Assembly: GCA_964016885.1 (NCBI GenBank) | Contig: OZ024746.1 | Location: 63,674,001-63,738,000 of the forward strand | DNA from: Eledone cirrhosa | Taxonomy: Eukaryota | Direction of reading: 5' to 3' | DNA length: 64,000 nucleotides | Shown: piece by piece, positions 51,694-64,000 of the stretch | Position numbering within the stretch: the first letter of the stretch is position 1 | Layout of the letters: every line of letters starts with the position of its first letter | Position numbers and translations under genes: made by a program | The notes under the pieces: generated by a model | The model's database searches: none | What the model was told of the DNA's origin: nothing | Seen by the model: only the letters and a program-made list of their open reading frames with translations

Positions 51694-52258
51694 TGTTGGT
51701 GCTACTGGTAAAATGTAACCCAGTACAACCTGTCTCATGGTCGGGTCGTTGGCGACTAAACTGGCAACCCCACGAAGGTTTCTTGGTGAGGAGGGTGACT
51801 TTGGACATCCTGCAGGACTAAAAACAAAACTTGTCAAAGGGCAAAGGAGCTCTTAAGAGTCAATGGCCATCCCAAATCACCGGGAGAGATGACCCCTTAG
51901 CCTTTGTCAAGGCAGAATTCTAGGAGAAGGAAAACTCTGATATAACACCTGCAACCCTGATGGTATCCAATGATGTTGACTTGTTCTTCTTTTTGGTAAA
52001 TATCATCTTGGTTAAGAGAGTGGGACTGGCTTTGTGCAGTGACTTTGCTCACTATAAAAGCTTCACAGCACAGGCATTGCTTTATATCTGGAGATCTCTC
52101 TGCACTTGTCGTCACATGGTACCATGGGCCCAGCATTATGTGTCAATAATTGTCACAAGTGTAGTGTTTGTACCAGAGTTTTCAAGTCGCTGACTGGACT
52201 AAGAAGTCACACTCGTTCAGCGCATCGGTAGGAGTTCTCTTACATGGATATAAAGTAG
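51694..52258 (+). mobile_element. Second copy of the ~600-bp element
   Basis: Aligns by eye to 44531-45093. Confidence 0.75.
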
Positions 52259-52262
52259 TATG

Positions 52263-52299
<37 letters not shown>

Positions 52300-52307
52300 A
52301 CTCATAG

Positions 52308-52347
<40 letters not shown>

Positions 52348-52703
52348 CAATGAGTTATTTAATAGAACTCACAACATTAAGTTCTTATCTGAATATGTCA
52401 CTATCTGTAAACTAACTTTTGTATTTTATCTGATGAGTGTGGACCAAAATTTTGGTATCCTTGAAATATATAAAATAAAATAAATATGGTTTTCAAAAGA
52501 TAGCTTCCATTTATTAATATTATCAATTACATCTTGATTGCATGGGAGAACCGTTGAAATAATTATAATGAATAGACGACTTATGTAACATCAGCATCTT
52601 TGTTAATGTTATTATTATACTGAATCTCCATTGTAACTACAAACTACGAATGTTGAGAGCTTTCTCCTGCTTTCTCCTGCTTTTACCAAAACAATCTCTC
52701 GGA

Positions 52704-52738
<35 letters not shown>

Positions 52739-54088
52739 CACATAGAGAGAGAGATAGGTATGTAGATAAACATAGTAGAGTTGACTAAATCAATTATATT
52801 ACTACTCAAGCTTGGAAAAAGTAAAAAAGAAAGAATAAATAAATGAAAATAAGAAAAAGAAAGCCAGCAGTTATTTTGACTAACAAAGGAATCATTAAAT
52901 TTAATAAGTAAATAAAGAGAATAGATCAAGAAAAATGCTATAAAAGACCTAACAAACATAATTCATGGCTGTCTTATTCTTTCGTGTCTATTAAAGATTT
53001 TTTAAGAAGCCATGACTGTGAACACGACACTGACACCATCACCATCACCACCACCACCATCACCATTACCATAACCACAACCATCATCACCACCACCTCC
53101 ACCACTACCAAAACCACCACCACCACCACCACCACCATGATGATAAGAGAGAAAAAATTTCAAGGTATGGAAAATAGTTTTAGTCTTCTTTAGCAATCCA
53201 TTAATAAAAAAAAAATGAACAATAAAAGAAGTGTGTATGTATGTGTGTGTGTGTGTGGGTGTGTATGTGTGTGTGTGTGAGTATGTGTGTGTATATGTGT
53301 ATGTATGTGTGCGTGCATGTGGGTGTGTATGTGTATGCGTGGGTGTGTGTGGGTGTGTGTATGTGTGTGTGTATATGTGTATGTGTGTGTATGTGTGTGT
53401 GTGGGTATTGTGTGGGTGTGTGTATGAGTAAGTGTGTGGGTGTGTATGTGTGTGAGTGTGTGTTTGTGTGTGTGTGCATGTGTGTCTGTGTATAGGGGGG
53501 GCGGTAAGGTGAGGTAAATAGCATCTTCTTCTTCTTCTTATTATTATTATTATTATTTATCTACCCCCCCCCCCCCCCCCCCCCACCCCCACTCTGACCC
53601 TTGAACACTTTATAAAAGAATAAGCAGAGAAAAATATATAGGAAAGGAAGTAGTATAGGTAAAGATGAAGTGAAGGCATTTGTAGATCCTGAGGATAGAT
53701 TATTATGATTCTCACACCATTAGCTACTATTTTTTTTCTCAATCATTTCAGTTTAATGAGATCAGTGGTGGTAGTTAAGGTAGTTATCATATCCCTGACA
53801 GATGGCCATTAAACCTAACTTTCAACTATTTCATTTTATTTTCTTCTTCTCTTTCTTCTCTTTTCTATTGTTCTTGTTCTTGTTCTTTTTTTTTTTTTTA
53901 AAAACTTTTTGTTTGAAATATTATTTGCAGTATGTATGTATAAGCATGTATATATATATATGTGCATGTGTGTTTTGTTTGTGTGTGTATGTGCATATAT
54001 ATATGCATCTGTGCGTGTGTTTGTCTGTGCATACATGTGTATGTATGTATATGTTTGTGTGTATGGTTTGTGGGTGTGTTTGTGTGGA

Positions 54089-54130
<42 letters not shown>

Positions 54131-54147
54131 CATATACACATACATAT

Positions 54148-54186
<39 letters not shown>

Positions 54187-54646
54187 TACATCGCATCTAG
54201 TTTTCTTTTACTACTTTAAGACATAGGACTGATACTATGCAGAAATATTGCCTTATTATATATATTTCTGCTCAACACAATTGATTGCTACCTTAGGTTT
54301 CAAAACATGTCCCCATAAAGAACAAACATTAATATTTTAGGTCTGTTGATAACATAGAGTGCTCTTTTCCTTCATCCTTTCTATAGAAACCCTTGACATT
54401 ACAACTCTCTCTAAAATGACAATGATGATATATATATATATATATCATCATCACCATTGATTAACGTCTATCTTCCTCGCTAGTATGGGTTAGATGGGTC
54501 CCATTTAGAGGCAAGTTGGGTCAGGTGACTGTGTCTCGCTCATATAGGGGTGTTTTTGGCTGGTTTTCTATGGCTGGATGCCCTTCCTAACGCCAACCAC
54601 ATTGACAGTGTGTGCTGGGTGCTTTTTGTATATATATATATATATA

Positions 54647-54944
54647 TATAAAGAAAAAGAGATGAAATCGAAAATGCAACTGGAGTCTTATTTTTTAAAA
54701 AAATATATATATTTATTTGGTTCCTTTACCGGTTTCGCAGTTCTTCTGCTTTTTAAAAGTAGAGTTGAGATGGAGGGTCTGTAGTTTTTCTCACATGTGA
54801 GAAAAACCACAGACCCTCCATCTCAACTCTACTTTTGAAAAGCAGAAGAACTGCGAAACCGGTAAAGGAACCAAATAAATATATATATTTAAAAAAAAAA
54901 TAAGACTCCAGTTGCATTTTCGATTTCATCTCTTTTTCTTTATA
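54647..54944. repeat. ~300-bp near-perfect palindrome with no spacer, centred on tcacatgtga
   Basis: Arms are reverse complements with a few mismatches; abuts (TA)n. Confidence 0.95.
54829..54870 (+). ncRNA. Minimal hammerhead ribozyme motif (U3-A8 variant, palindromic stem III)
   Basis: ctt-TTGAAAA-gcag aagaa ctgc-GAAA-ccgg-TA-aag, followed by AATAAA. Confidence 0.6.
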
Positions 54945-55750
54945 CTTTCACTCGTGTAGGACACCTCGGTTATTTTTCATTTTGTAAAAAAAACCTCACT
55001 TTCTAATATATATATATATATACATAAATAAATATACACTGTGGTGACAGTAAAGTTTGCAATTTTCAACTGCAGTTGAAAATTGCAAACTTGACTGTCA
55101 CCACAGAATATGAACCTGAAGATTGCGAAAGCATGAAAGTACTTCAATTAACACTTAACATTTAATATTCTACCATACTATTATACATTTTAAAGGATTG
55201 TAAATAAAACGAGTAAATCAGACAAAGTTGGAATTCCTTTTATTAATATATATATATATAAAAGCCGACCTTACCCAATTACACCTCTCAAAGGCGATGA
55301 CACACGACCGTGACCTCTGGCGTCACACAGTAATACAGAGTACCCAACCTCCCATGGGTACAAGCTGAAGCATATAGACAATATGCCCCCCCCCCACTGC
55401 AAGGTGGTCGTGGTGTTGCCACGGCAAAAAAGCACCCAGCCCACACTGTAAAGTGGACGTGTAGGCGCCACAAAAAAGCACCCAGCACTCACTGTAAATG
55501 AGGTTGGTGTTAGGAAGGGCATCCAGCTGTAGAAATCAAGCCAAATCAGTTCCTGTATGAGCAAGGCATGGTCAGCCGACCAGACACTGCCCACAATAGG
55601 ACAACCCGTCTAACTCATGGTAGCGTGGAAGAACGGACGTAAAACGGTGATGATGATGATGATGATGATATATATATATATATAAATATATATATATAGA
55701 TATATATATATATATACACATATATATTTACATATATATATATATATATT

Positions 55751-55805
<55 letters not shown>

Positions 55806-55818
55806 ATATATATTTACA

Positions 55819-55868
<50 letters not shown>

Positions 55869-55989
55869 TATATATATATATTTATATATATATATATTTA
55901 TATATATATATATAGATATGAAGTATTTCCGTAGGAAAGGTACAGGAAAAGAGAGTGCTCTATGTAGGCTACAGAGCTTATTAGTTATG

Positions 55990-56206
55990 TAATAAACAAC
56001 ATAAGATAATTATTTCATTTACCAGTGGTTTCTTGAAGACAGATATTTATATCTGTCTTCAGTCATCAGAACGAATAAATAACATGGTTTGATCCATATT
56101 TAATAAACACATCATGTTATTTATTTGTTCTGATGACTGACGACAGATATAAATATCTGTCTTCAAGAAACCACTGGTAAATGAAATAATTATCTTATGT
56201 CATTTA

Positions 56207-56209
<3 letters not shown>
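55990..56209. repeat. Inverted repeat (~98-bp arms) carrying a hammerhead-like core in each arm
   Basis: Plus arm: tttgtt-CTGATGA-c tgacgacagatat aa atatctgtcttca a-GAAA-ccactgg-TA-aatgaa (56124-56185); mirrored on the minus strand. Confidence 0.85.
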
Positions 56210-56229
<20 letters not shown>

Positions 56230-56246
<17 letters not shown>

Positions 56247-56582
56247 ATATGGAGGCACATGGCTAAGTGGTTAGAGCATTGGCCTTGCAATCGAAAGGTT
56301 GTGAGTTCAATTCTAAGACTGGGTGATGTGTTGTTTCCTTAAGCAAGACACTTTATTTCACATTGCTCCAGTTTACTCAGCTGTAGAAATGAGATGATAG
56401 GGACTGCGGTCCCTATCATTCCACTGCAAAGTGGTCGTGGAGGTGCCACGGCAAAAAAGCACCCAACACTCACTGTAAATGAGGTTGGTGTTAGGAAGGG
56501 CATCCAGCTGTAGAAATCAAGCCAGAATCAGTTCCCGTCCCACCCTTGCAAGCAGGGAAAAGTGGACGTAAAATGAAATGAT
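56230..56582 (+). mobile_element. SINE family B
   Basis: Full A/B box, body and RTE tail. Confidence 0.82.
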
Positions 56583-56899
56583 ATATATCATCATCATCGT
56601 TTTAACATCTGCTTTCTCTTCTACTTATACTCCTTATACAATGTTCTTTTAGTCAATCTCTTACTTTCAACTATTCCCTATTCATTATGTCCCCAAGCAC
56701 AAAATCATAATGTATTAGAGTTGTAAAACAAAAATTTTACACTAAATGACCTTTTCTATATATTGAGAAAATGGCAGGAAAGTTCTGTATTCTTTCTTGT
56801 TAAGAATTTTATTTTTGCTAGGTTTTCTTTTAATACTTTTTATTCTAAAGTCTGCTTCAAAGTTTGAAACTTTCCTCTATTTCTTTTTACTGATTCAGC

Positions 56900-57580
56900 T
56901 ATGATAACTAAGTCATCAGCACACTGGAGTTACCAAAGGCAACCAGTCTTGAACTCTTCTCATATCTCCTAGAGAACTCTACTAAACAGAATGTGGCTGA
57001 GAACCAAGCTATATTTACATTCTAAATTACTTACTGAGTTTATTACTAGGTTTCACCTTGTTGACTACACCCCTGTCTATGGCTTACACGACTCCCAAAA
57101 GACATTCATTTATACCAAGTTTTTTTTTCAGCAATCACCAGGCTTTTTCCAAATCAATGAATGTATAGGTGTAGTGACATCCTCTTAGTATCTCAGTGAT
57201 TATCCTAGATAGTCCAGTTACTTTTCATGCCTGCATATACCTAAAGGTCCTTTCACCTGTATAAATATCAACGTCCTTTGCTGGTCACTCTGCTGGGTCT
57301 ATTTGGGGAAGTCTCTGCTCTTTCTCTTCTTTCAACTGTATAAATATCAAACTCCCTTACTGGTCACTCTGTTAGGTCTATTTGGGGAAGTCCTATTTTC
57401 TTTATTCACTAAGGTCTCATAGTAATATATGCACACACATGTATCCCCCCCCCCCCACACACATATCTGTTGTCTTTCCTTTACTGCAACAGGTGTCAAG
57501 CAGGTTTTCTTTGAATGTATCTGTGACTGAGGGTTGCTTCAGCTTCCATGTTTTTCTCCTCCAAATTGTCTTCTGACACA
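56900..57580 (-). mobile_element. Decayed RTE LINE internal fragments
   Basis: RRKTWKLKQP (cf. RRKIWKLKDP of the large LINE) and FIDLEKA remnants. Confidence 0.55.
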
Positions 57581-57677
57581 GAGTCTGTTTAGTTCTAACT
57601 CTTAAATCACTAATCATTAATATTTATTGGATAGTAAATTCTACATTTGTATTTATGACTCTGTGTGTGTGTGTTTA

Positions 57678-58055
57678 TAATAATTGTTTCTACATTAGGC
57701 CAAAGGTAAGCAATTTTGGGAGAAGGAGAAAGTCGATTAAATCGACCTCAGTGCATTACTGGTGCTTTATTTATTGACTCCGTAAGGATGAAGGCAAAGT
57801 TAACCTCGGTGGGATTTGAACTCTCTATCTACAAATGTCAAGAAAGTGAATAGTGTATGAGTCATGATATATACACACATACATGCATACGTGTGCATGG
57901 AGGGGGAATATCAGGTGTAGTGTTGGTGAATTTCGGGAAGCATGGAAGTTTTGAAGGATGCTGTGCCCTGGCAGCATCCAACTGATGTAGGTAGTTTGTT
58001 CCATGCTTCAGCAACTCTGAATGTGAAAACATGTTTCCGAAAGTCATGGGAGCTA
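57678..58055 (-). mobile_element. CR1/L2-like 3' fragment joined to SINE family A
   Basis: Matches 45675-45890 and the SINE A body. Confidence 0.7.
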
Positions 58056-58245
58056 TATACTTATATATATATATAAGGGATAACAAAATATCGTTATAGG
58101 TAATCCAGTTAGAGGTTGTGAATACTCCGTATTGTGGATAGTTTTAGCGTACAGCGTTGTTTGACTCAACAAGAGGTTTCCGTAGGTGGCAAGTTTGTGA
58201 GTTCTCTTGAATTCCTATATAGGTTTATCTTGGAGTACTAATATT

Positions 58246-58484
58246 GAAAGAGTGAAGAATAACATGGTCAACAGTACAAAAAAGGGTTTTATTTACAGTA
58301 TTAACAATTGTTTCCCTGATTAACTTGTCTAAAAATTGCTGAACACTTGAAGCTGTGCCACTAAATTTTAAATATGCTGTTAGCTTAACCAGATCATCAG
58401 AAAGGACTGAACAGTGAAACAATTGTTAATACTGTAAATAAAACTCTTTTTTGTACTGTTGACCATCTTATTCTTCACTCTTTC
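58246..58484. repeat. Inverted repeat (~70-bp arms, ~100-bp spacer) ending in (TA)
   Basis: gaaagagtgaagaataacatggtcaacagtacaaaaaag...ttaacaattgtttc mirrored at 58416-58484. Confidence 0.9.
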
Positions 58485-58502
58485 TATATATATATATTTT
58501 TT

Positions 58503-58840
58503 CATTTCATTTCATTTTTTACGTCCGCTTTTCCCTGCTTGCAAGGGTGGGACGGGAACTGATTCTGGCTTGATTTCTACAGCTGGATGCCCTTCCTAAC
58601 ACCAACCTCATTTACAGTGAGTGCTGGGTGCTTTTTTGCCGTGGCACCTCCACGACCACTTTACAGTGGAATGATATGGACCCCAGTCCCTATCATCTCA
58701 TTTCTACAGCTGAGTAAACTGGAGCAATGTGAAATAAAGTGTCTTGCTCAAGGAAACAACACATCACCCGGTCCGAGAATTGAACTCACAACCTTTCGAT
58801 TGCAAGGCCAATGCTCTAACCACTAAGCCATGTGCCTCCA
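58503..58840 (-). mobile_element. SINE family B
   Basis: Near-identical to 3076-3412. Confidence 0.82.
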
Positions 58841-58954
58841 TATATATATATATATATATGTATATGTATATACGTATATACGTACATATATGTGTATACC
58901 TACATACATATATGTATACCATACATATATGTATACCACTAAACCATGTGCCTC

Positions 58955-59115
<161 letters not shown>

Positions 59116-59607
59116 AGTGGAATCCCAGTCGGGATTCGGAAATGACCACACACATATAAAAGGTACTCAATATGTTGGTAGAGTATAGGCATCTTTATAT
59201 AGAAATGACTCCTACAGGAGTAGAACTGTTTCATTCCTGCTGATGATTTCATAGGAATGAAACAGTTCTAGACATGTAGAAGCCATTTCTGTATTATATA
59301 TATATATTATATATATATATAAATGAAAGTATAGAAATTATTGTGAGTATGAAGCCAACAGTATTTCATAATATATAAGTGACTATAACATCAAAATGGA
59401 AAAATAATTAACGTAAGATGTGGGAAAATTATTCAAACTCAATTAAAAAAAAATCAAGACATAGATTTATCCACAGATTTTGTGAAATCCAGGGAGAAAC
59501 CAATAGAGCCTTAACTCTGAATAAAATAAATATATGTATATATAATATACATACATATATATATAATATACATACATATATATATAATATACATATATAT
59601 ATAATAT

Positions 59608-62600
59608 ACATCATCATCATCATCATCATCAACGTTTAACGTCCGTGTTCCACGCTTGCATGGGTTTGGACGGGGGTAGTCCCACTTGAGGCAAGAGTGA
59701 TTGTCTTGCTCGCATAGGACTGTCTGGCAGGTTTTCTACAGTTGGATGCCCTTCCTAACACCAACCACATTTACAGTGTGGGTCTGGGAGGTTTTTACCG
59801 TGTTGCCTACACGGCCACATTACAGCGTGGACTGTGTGTTTTTTTGTCGTGACACCTACACGATCTCATTTGTTTCGGCCCGGATGGCGCGGCACCAACA
59901 TAACTTTACATAGAAGGGAGCGGTGTGGATGGGGTGGAAGGGTGGGACGGGGTGTATTTTGTTAGAGATGCCTACTGGCAAGGCGGGTCTTCTCTGTTAC
60001 TGAGTACCGCCAAAGGTCTCGGTCCAGTGACATTGTCTTGGAGAGGTGTAAGTGTGTGAGGTCGGAGTTTATCAGCTCGTCCCAGGTTTTTCTAGGTCTG
60101 CCTATTCCGTGGCTACCGTCTATCTTTATTGCCCTGCACTTTGTTATACAGCTATCGACTTTCATGCGCATCACGTGTCCATACCAACGTAGCCTTCTCT
60201 CGAGTAAACAACATCTGATCCCTCTTATCTCTAATTTTTTCCTTAGTTCGTTTATGCTTTGCCGTTCACGTATATTACTGTTACACATCCAGCGGAGCAT
60301 GCAAGCTTCGTTCCTCTCTAGTCTGCGTATATCCTCTGCACACAATGCCCAGGTCTCACTGCCATGCAACATTGCTGTTCGTATGCAGGCATCGTACAAC
60401 CTGCCTTTCATTTTTAGGGAGAACCCTTTAGCAGCTAATAGTGGTATAAGCTCTCTGAACTTTTTCCAACCAGTTCTGATTCTAGCTACAGTACTTTCAG
60501 AGCACCCTCCCCACTGCTGATTTTATCGCCCAGGTAACGGAAGCTGTCCACTATTTCTATAGAACCCTCTGCGCAATTGAAAGAGCTAGTATTTTGTGGG
60601 CACTTGCTGCTACTTATTGAACCAGAACACCGGCCACATGTAAAATCTATGTTCTTAGTTAGCTTACCTGTGATCCCACTACATCTTTTATGCACCCATA
60701 CTTTGCATTTAGGACACAAAATGGAGTTTCTACCTACGCCTTTCCTACACACCGAGCACGACCATTTCCCAGAAGGGACCGCCGCCTTGTTTTCTTTCCT
60801 ACAAACTAGAACTTTGGTCTTAGCCAGGTTAATTTTAAGTCCTTTTGACTCTAGGCCGTGCTTCCATGTTTGGAATTTCTTCTCTAGCTCGGCCATTGAT
60901 TCCGCTATGAGTGTCAGGTCGTCTGCGTATAGGAGTTCCCATGGGCAGCCTGTCTTGAACTCCTCTGTTATAGCCTGAAGGGCAATAATAAATAGTAGGG
61001 GGCTGAGAACAGAGCCCTGATGGACGCCAACTTTTACGCTAAACTCTTCACTATATTCGTTGTTAATTCTAACCTTGCTGACTGTTTCTTTATACATGGC
61101 TTGTATAGCCCTCACAAGCCATTCGTCAACGCCTAGTTTTCTAAGAGCCCACCAGATAATGGAGCGGGGGACTCTGTCGAAGGCTTTCTCCAAGTCGACA
61201 AAAGCTAAGTAGAGGGGTTTACCTTTAGCTAGGTACTTCTCCTGTAGTTGTCGTACTATGAAAAGAGCGTCTGTGGTACTTTTGCCTGACACAAACCCGA
61301 ACTGCATTTCATCTAGGTCAATTCTCTCTCTGATTAGTTGCGCTATTACTTTTTCTGTGACCTTCATGACCTGGTCGATTAATTTAATGCCTCTATAGTT
61401 ACTCCTATCTAGGGCGTCTCCTTTACCCTTATAACAGTTAATGATGATGCTGCTATGCCAGTCCTTCGGAACAACCCCATTCTGTACGACTTGGTTAACT
61501 ATGCGGGTGACCATGGTGTGTCCCACCGTGCCAGATGCCTTCAGCATCTCAGCAACTATTTCCGAAGGCCCAGCCGCCTTACCTGTCTTCATATCCTTGA
61601 TTGCCTTACTTATTATACTCCCCTCGACTAACACTGCTGGTCCCTCTATTGGGTCGACATGGGGGAGACTGTCTTTCTCCCATTTATTCTCCTCATTTAG
61701 TAGCCTTTCATAGTGACACTTCCAAGCTACCTTCTTATCAGTGTCGGTGATGGCAAGTATGCCATCATCGTTAAGTACACACTTCTCCCCGACAATATCA
61801 CGGTTTTCCTTGACGCATTGCCTAGCAATCCTGAACACCTCACGTTTTTGGTCATCGCGTTGTAGGACATGCTTGAACTTTCTTTCCTCAGCTTCCCTTC
61901 TTGCTAAGTACACTTCTCTCCTAGCTTCCCTCCTGGCCACTTGATAGTCTACTCTACTTCCCCCATCCCGCCATACTTTCCAAGCCTGCTTTTTGGCCTT
62001 AATTGACCCCTCCACCTTACTGTTCCACCACCATGTTACTCTCCTCCTGCCTACAGGCCTGCTCCAGCCACAGACTTCGTCTGTGGCCAACAGCAGGTTT
62101 GCTTTCAGAAATTCCCACTGTCCCTCTATATTGTCCGACTCTAAATGTTCTTCCTTACTGTCGAAAGCATCAAGTAATATGTTTTGAAATTTATTTTTGG
62201 CTGTGGGGTCCTTTAGCTTCCATATTTTTCTCCTGAGGATAGTCCTCTTCTGCTGTCGAGTACGTCTCGTCCTGACTATGAGGTCGCTAATTATCAGTCT
62301 ATGTTGGGAGGTGCATTCTTCATGGGGGAGGGATTTAGTGTTTACAACAGACACTCTGTCACGTCTTCTGGTAAGGATATAATCTACCTGGCTTGTGTGT
62401 TCCCCGGATCTATAGGTGATCAGGTGATTGTCACGTTTTTTGAAGTTAGTGTTACAGATAGTTAGGTTATTTGCATCACAGAATTCCAGGATTCTGGAGC
62501 CTTCCTCATTTCTAGTACCAAACCCATAGCCTCCATGGATTTCGTCGTAGCCGTCACAATGTTGCCCAACGTGACCATTTAGGTCGCCTGCAATAATTAT

Positions 62601-63366
62601 ATAGTCACTGTCAGATATTTGGGAGGTAGTGAGCATCAGTGTCTCATAGAATCTGTCTTTTATAGTGCCGGGCAGTCCGGATTGGGGTGCGTACGCAGAT
62701 ATTACTGTCACCGTAGTTCTATTGAGGACAAGTCGTATTTTAATTATTCTGTCGTTCACTCTATTTACGTCTATTATCTTATCCGCCCACTTTTCTGCTA
62801 CCATGATTCCTACTCCACCCAGCCCATCGTCGTTTCCCACCCAGAAAAGCTTATAACATCGTTTTTTTTACCCTCAATGAATCTAGCAGACCCACCCCTC
62901 CACCTGGTCTCTTGAATACAACAAACATCGACCTCCTTACGTTCAAGCATTTCTACAACCTCGTTAGCGCGCCCCTTTAGGGTGCCTACATTTATGGTAC
63001 CAACTCTGAAGTTTTGGATCGCGTTTGGAGGGTGGGGGTGGTGTGGGGCGGGGGGAGATGGGGTTATGTTAGCCATCCGCGGGCGAAACAAAGAAGAGTG
63101 CTCGCATTCTCGTCCACGAGGTGAATTTGACTTTAGCATTGGCATTTTCGCTCTGAGCGTCCAGATTTTTCTCTCCCTTCCACTCTCCAGGATTCCGCAG
63201 TCCGTCCATCCATCCATCCATCATATATCGAAGGCAACCGTGCAAGCGATAGTATAGGCCTCTGGCTTATGATTGGTCCGCGTAACAATAATAATGGTGA
63301 TGCGTGTGGGGGGGGGGGTCTCTGGCTTATAGTAATAATGGTGATGCGTGTGGGGGGGGTCTCTGG
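59608..63366 (-). mobile_element. Near full-length RTE-clade LINE (APE endonuclease + RT + PHD-like Zn finger) with two frameshifts and a (GAT)n tail
   Basis: VGTINVGTL, CIQETRW, SAYAPQ, GDLNGHVG, SQVDYIL, NYRGIKL, FVDLEKAFD, GVHQGSVLSP, LYADD, CSVC...CPKC...HKRC...CGRC, RLRWYGHV, GRPRKTW. Frameshifts near 62830 and 60490. Confidence 0.93.
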
Positions 63367-63406
<40 letters not shown>

Positions 63407-63548
63407 CATATATATATATATAATATACACATATATATATATAATATACATATATATATATATATATAATATACATATATATATATAATATACATATATA
63501 TATATATATAATATACATATATATATATATAATATACATATATATATA

Positions 63549-63587
<39 letters not shown>

Positions 63588-63793
63588 AATATAAGTATGT
63601 ACACGTACATAAATATATGTATACAGACGTACAGTAGTATGTATATATATATACATGCACACATATATATATGTACGTATGGATTCACCGAACATTTATT
63701 ATAATGCTCTGTGTGTTTGTATACAAACATCCAGTATTAAGCCGTAGTGTCTAGCAACCATTGTTGCTCGTTTGTTCAACACTGACAAAGGAA

Positions 63794-63834
63794 CGCTGTA
63801 CTAGTTTCAAGCTTATTAGCTATCGTCAGCAACG
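63794..63834 (-). ncRNA. Minimal type I hammerhead ribozyme motif (Penelope-like)
   Basis: Minus strand: cgttg-CTGACGA-t agct aata agct t-GAAA-ctag-TA-cagcg; AATAAA about 95 nt downstream. Confidence 0.7.
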
Positions 63835-64000
63835 TATACCTTCCTGCCAGATTGTTGAATGTATATACTTACCTTATGCATATTAACGGCTGAGTAGCCA
63901 ATTTGCATATCGAGTGGGTTAATCGGCCGGGTGCACCGAAAACGATAAACGGAAAAAATGAAACAAAATTTCATTTCCCACTCTTAGTACGGCTGTTACT

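Noticed and set aside
46040-54200. Numerous YI/CV/HT/VVV-repeat ORFs
   Set aside because: Translations of microsatellites lacking stop codons.

Overview
AT-rich, microsatellite-laden animal DNA. The SINE/RTE repeat content and long (TA)n/(CA)n tracts point to a cephalopod, most likely an octopus (inference). The left half (3.6-27.3 kb, + strand) holds a complete 17-coding-exon ZC3H18 orthologue. My GT-AG splice reconstruction keeps frame throughout and gives 3681 nt / 1226 aa, followed by a probable 3' UTR to about 30.6 kb. Its introns contain tRNA-derived SINEs, minisatellites and a ~2.5 kb Helitron-like element. The right half is repeat-dominated: SINE arrays, CR1/L2-like and RTE fragments, a decayed Ac/ZMYM1-type hAT transposon carrying a Buster-type remnant, and a near full-length RTE LINE with two frameshifts. 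The most notable signal is a cluster of mutually dissimilar fold-back palindromes and short elements embedded in (TA)n at 37-64 kb. Several carry minimal type I hammerhead-ribozyme motifs with palindromic stem III, some with the compensatory U3-A8 core or a recurrent U.U at 10.1-11.1. They most resemble Penelope-like pseudo-LTR or retrozyme-type remnants. All calls were made by eye; none was verified by search.
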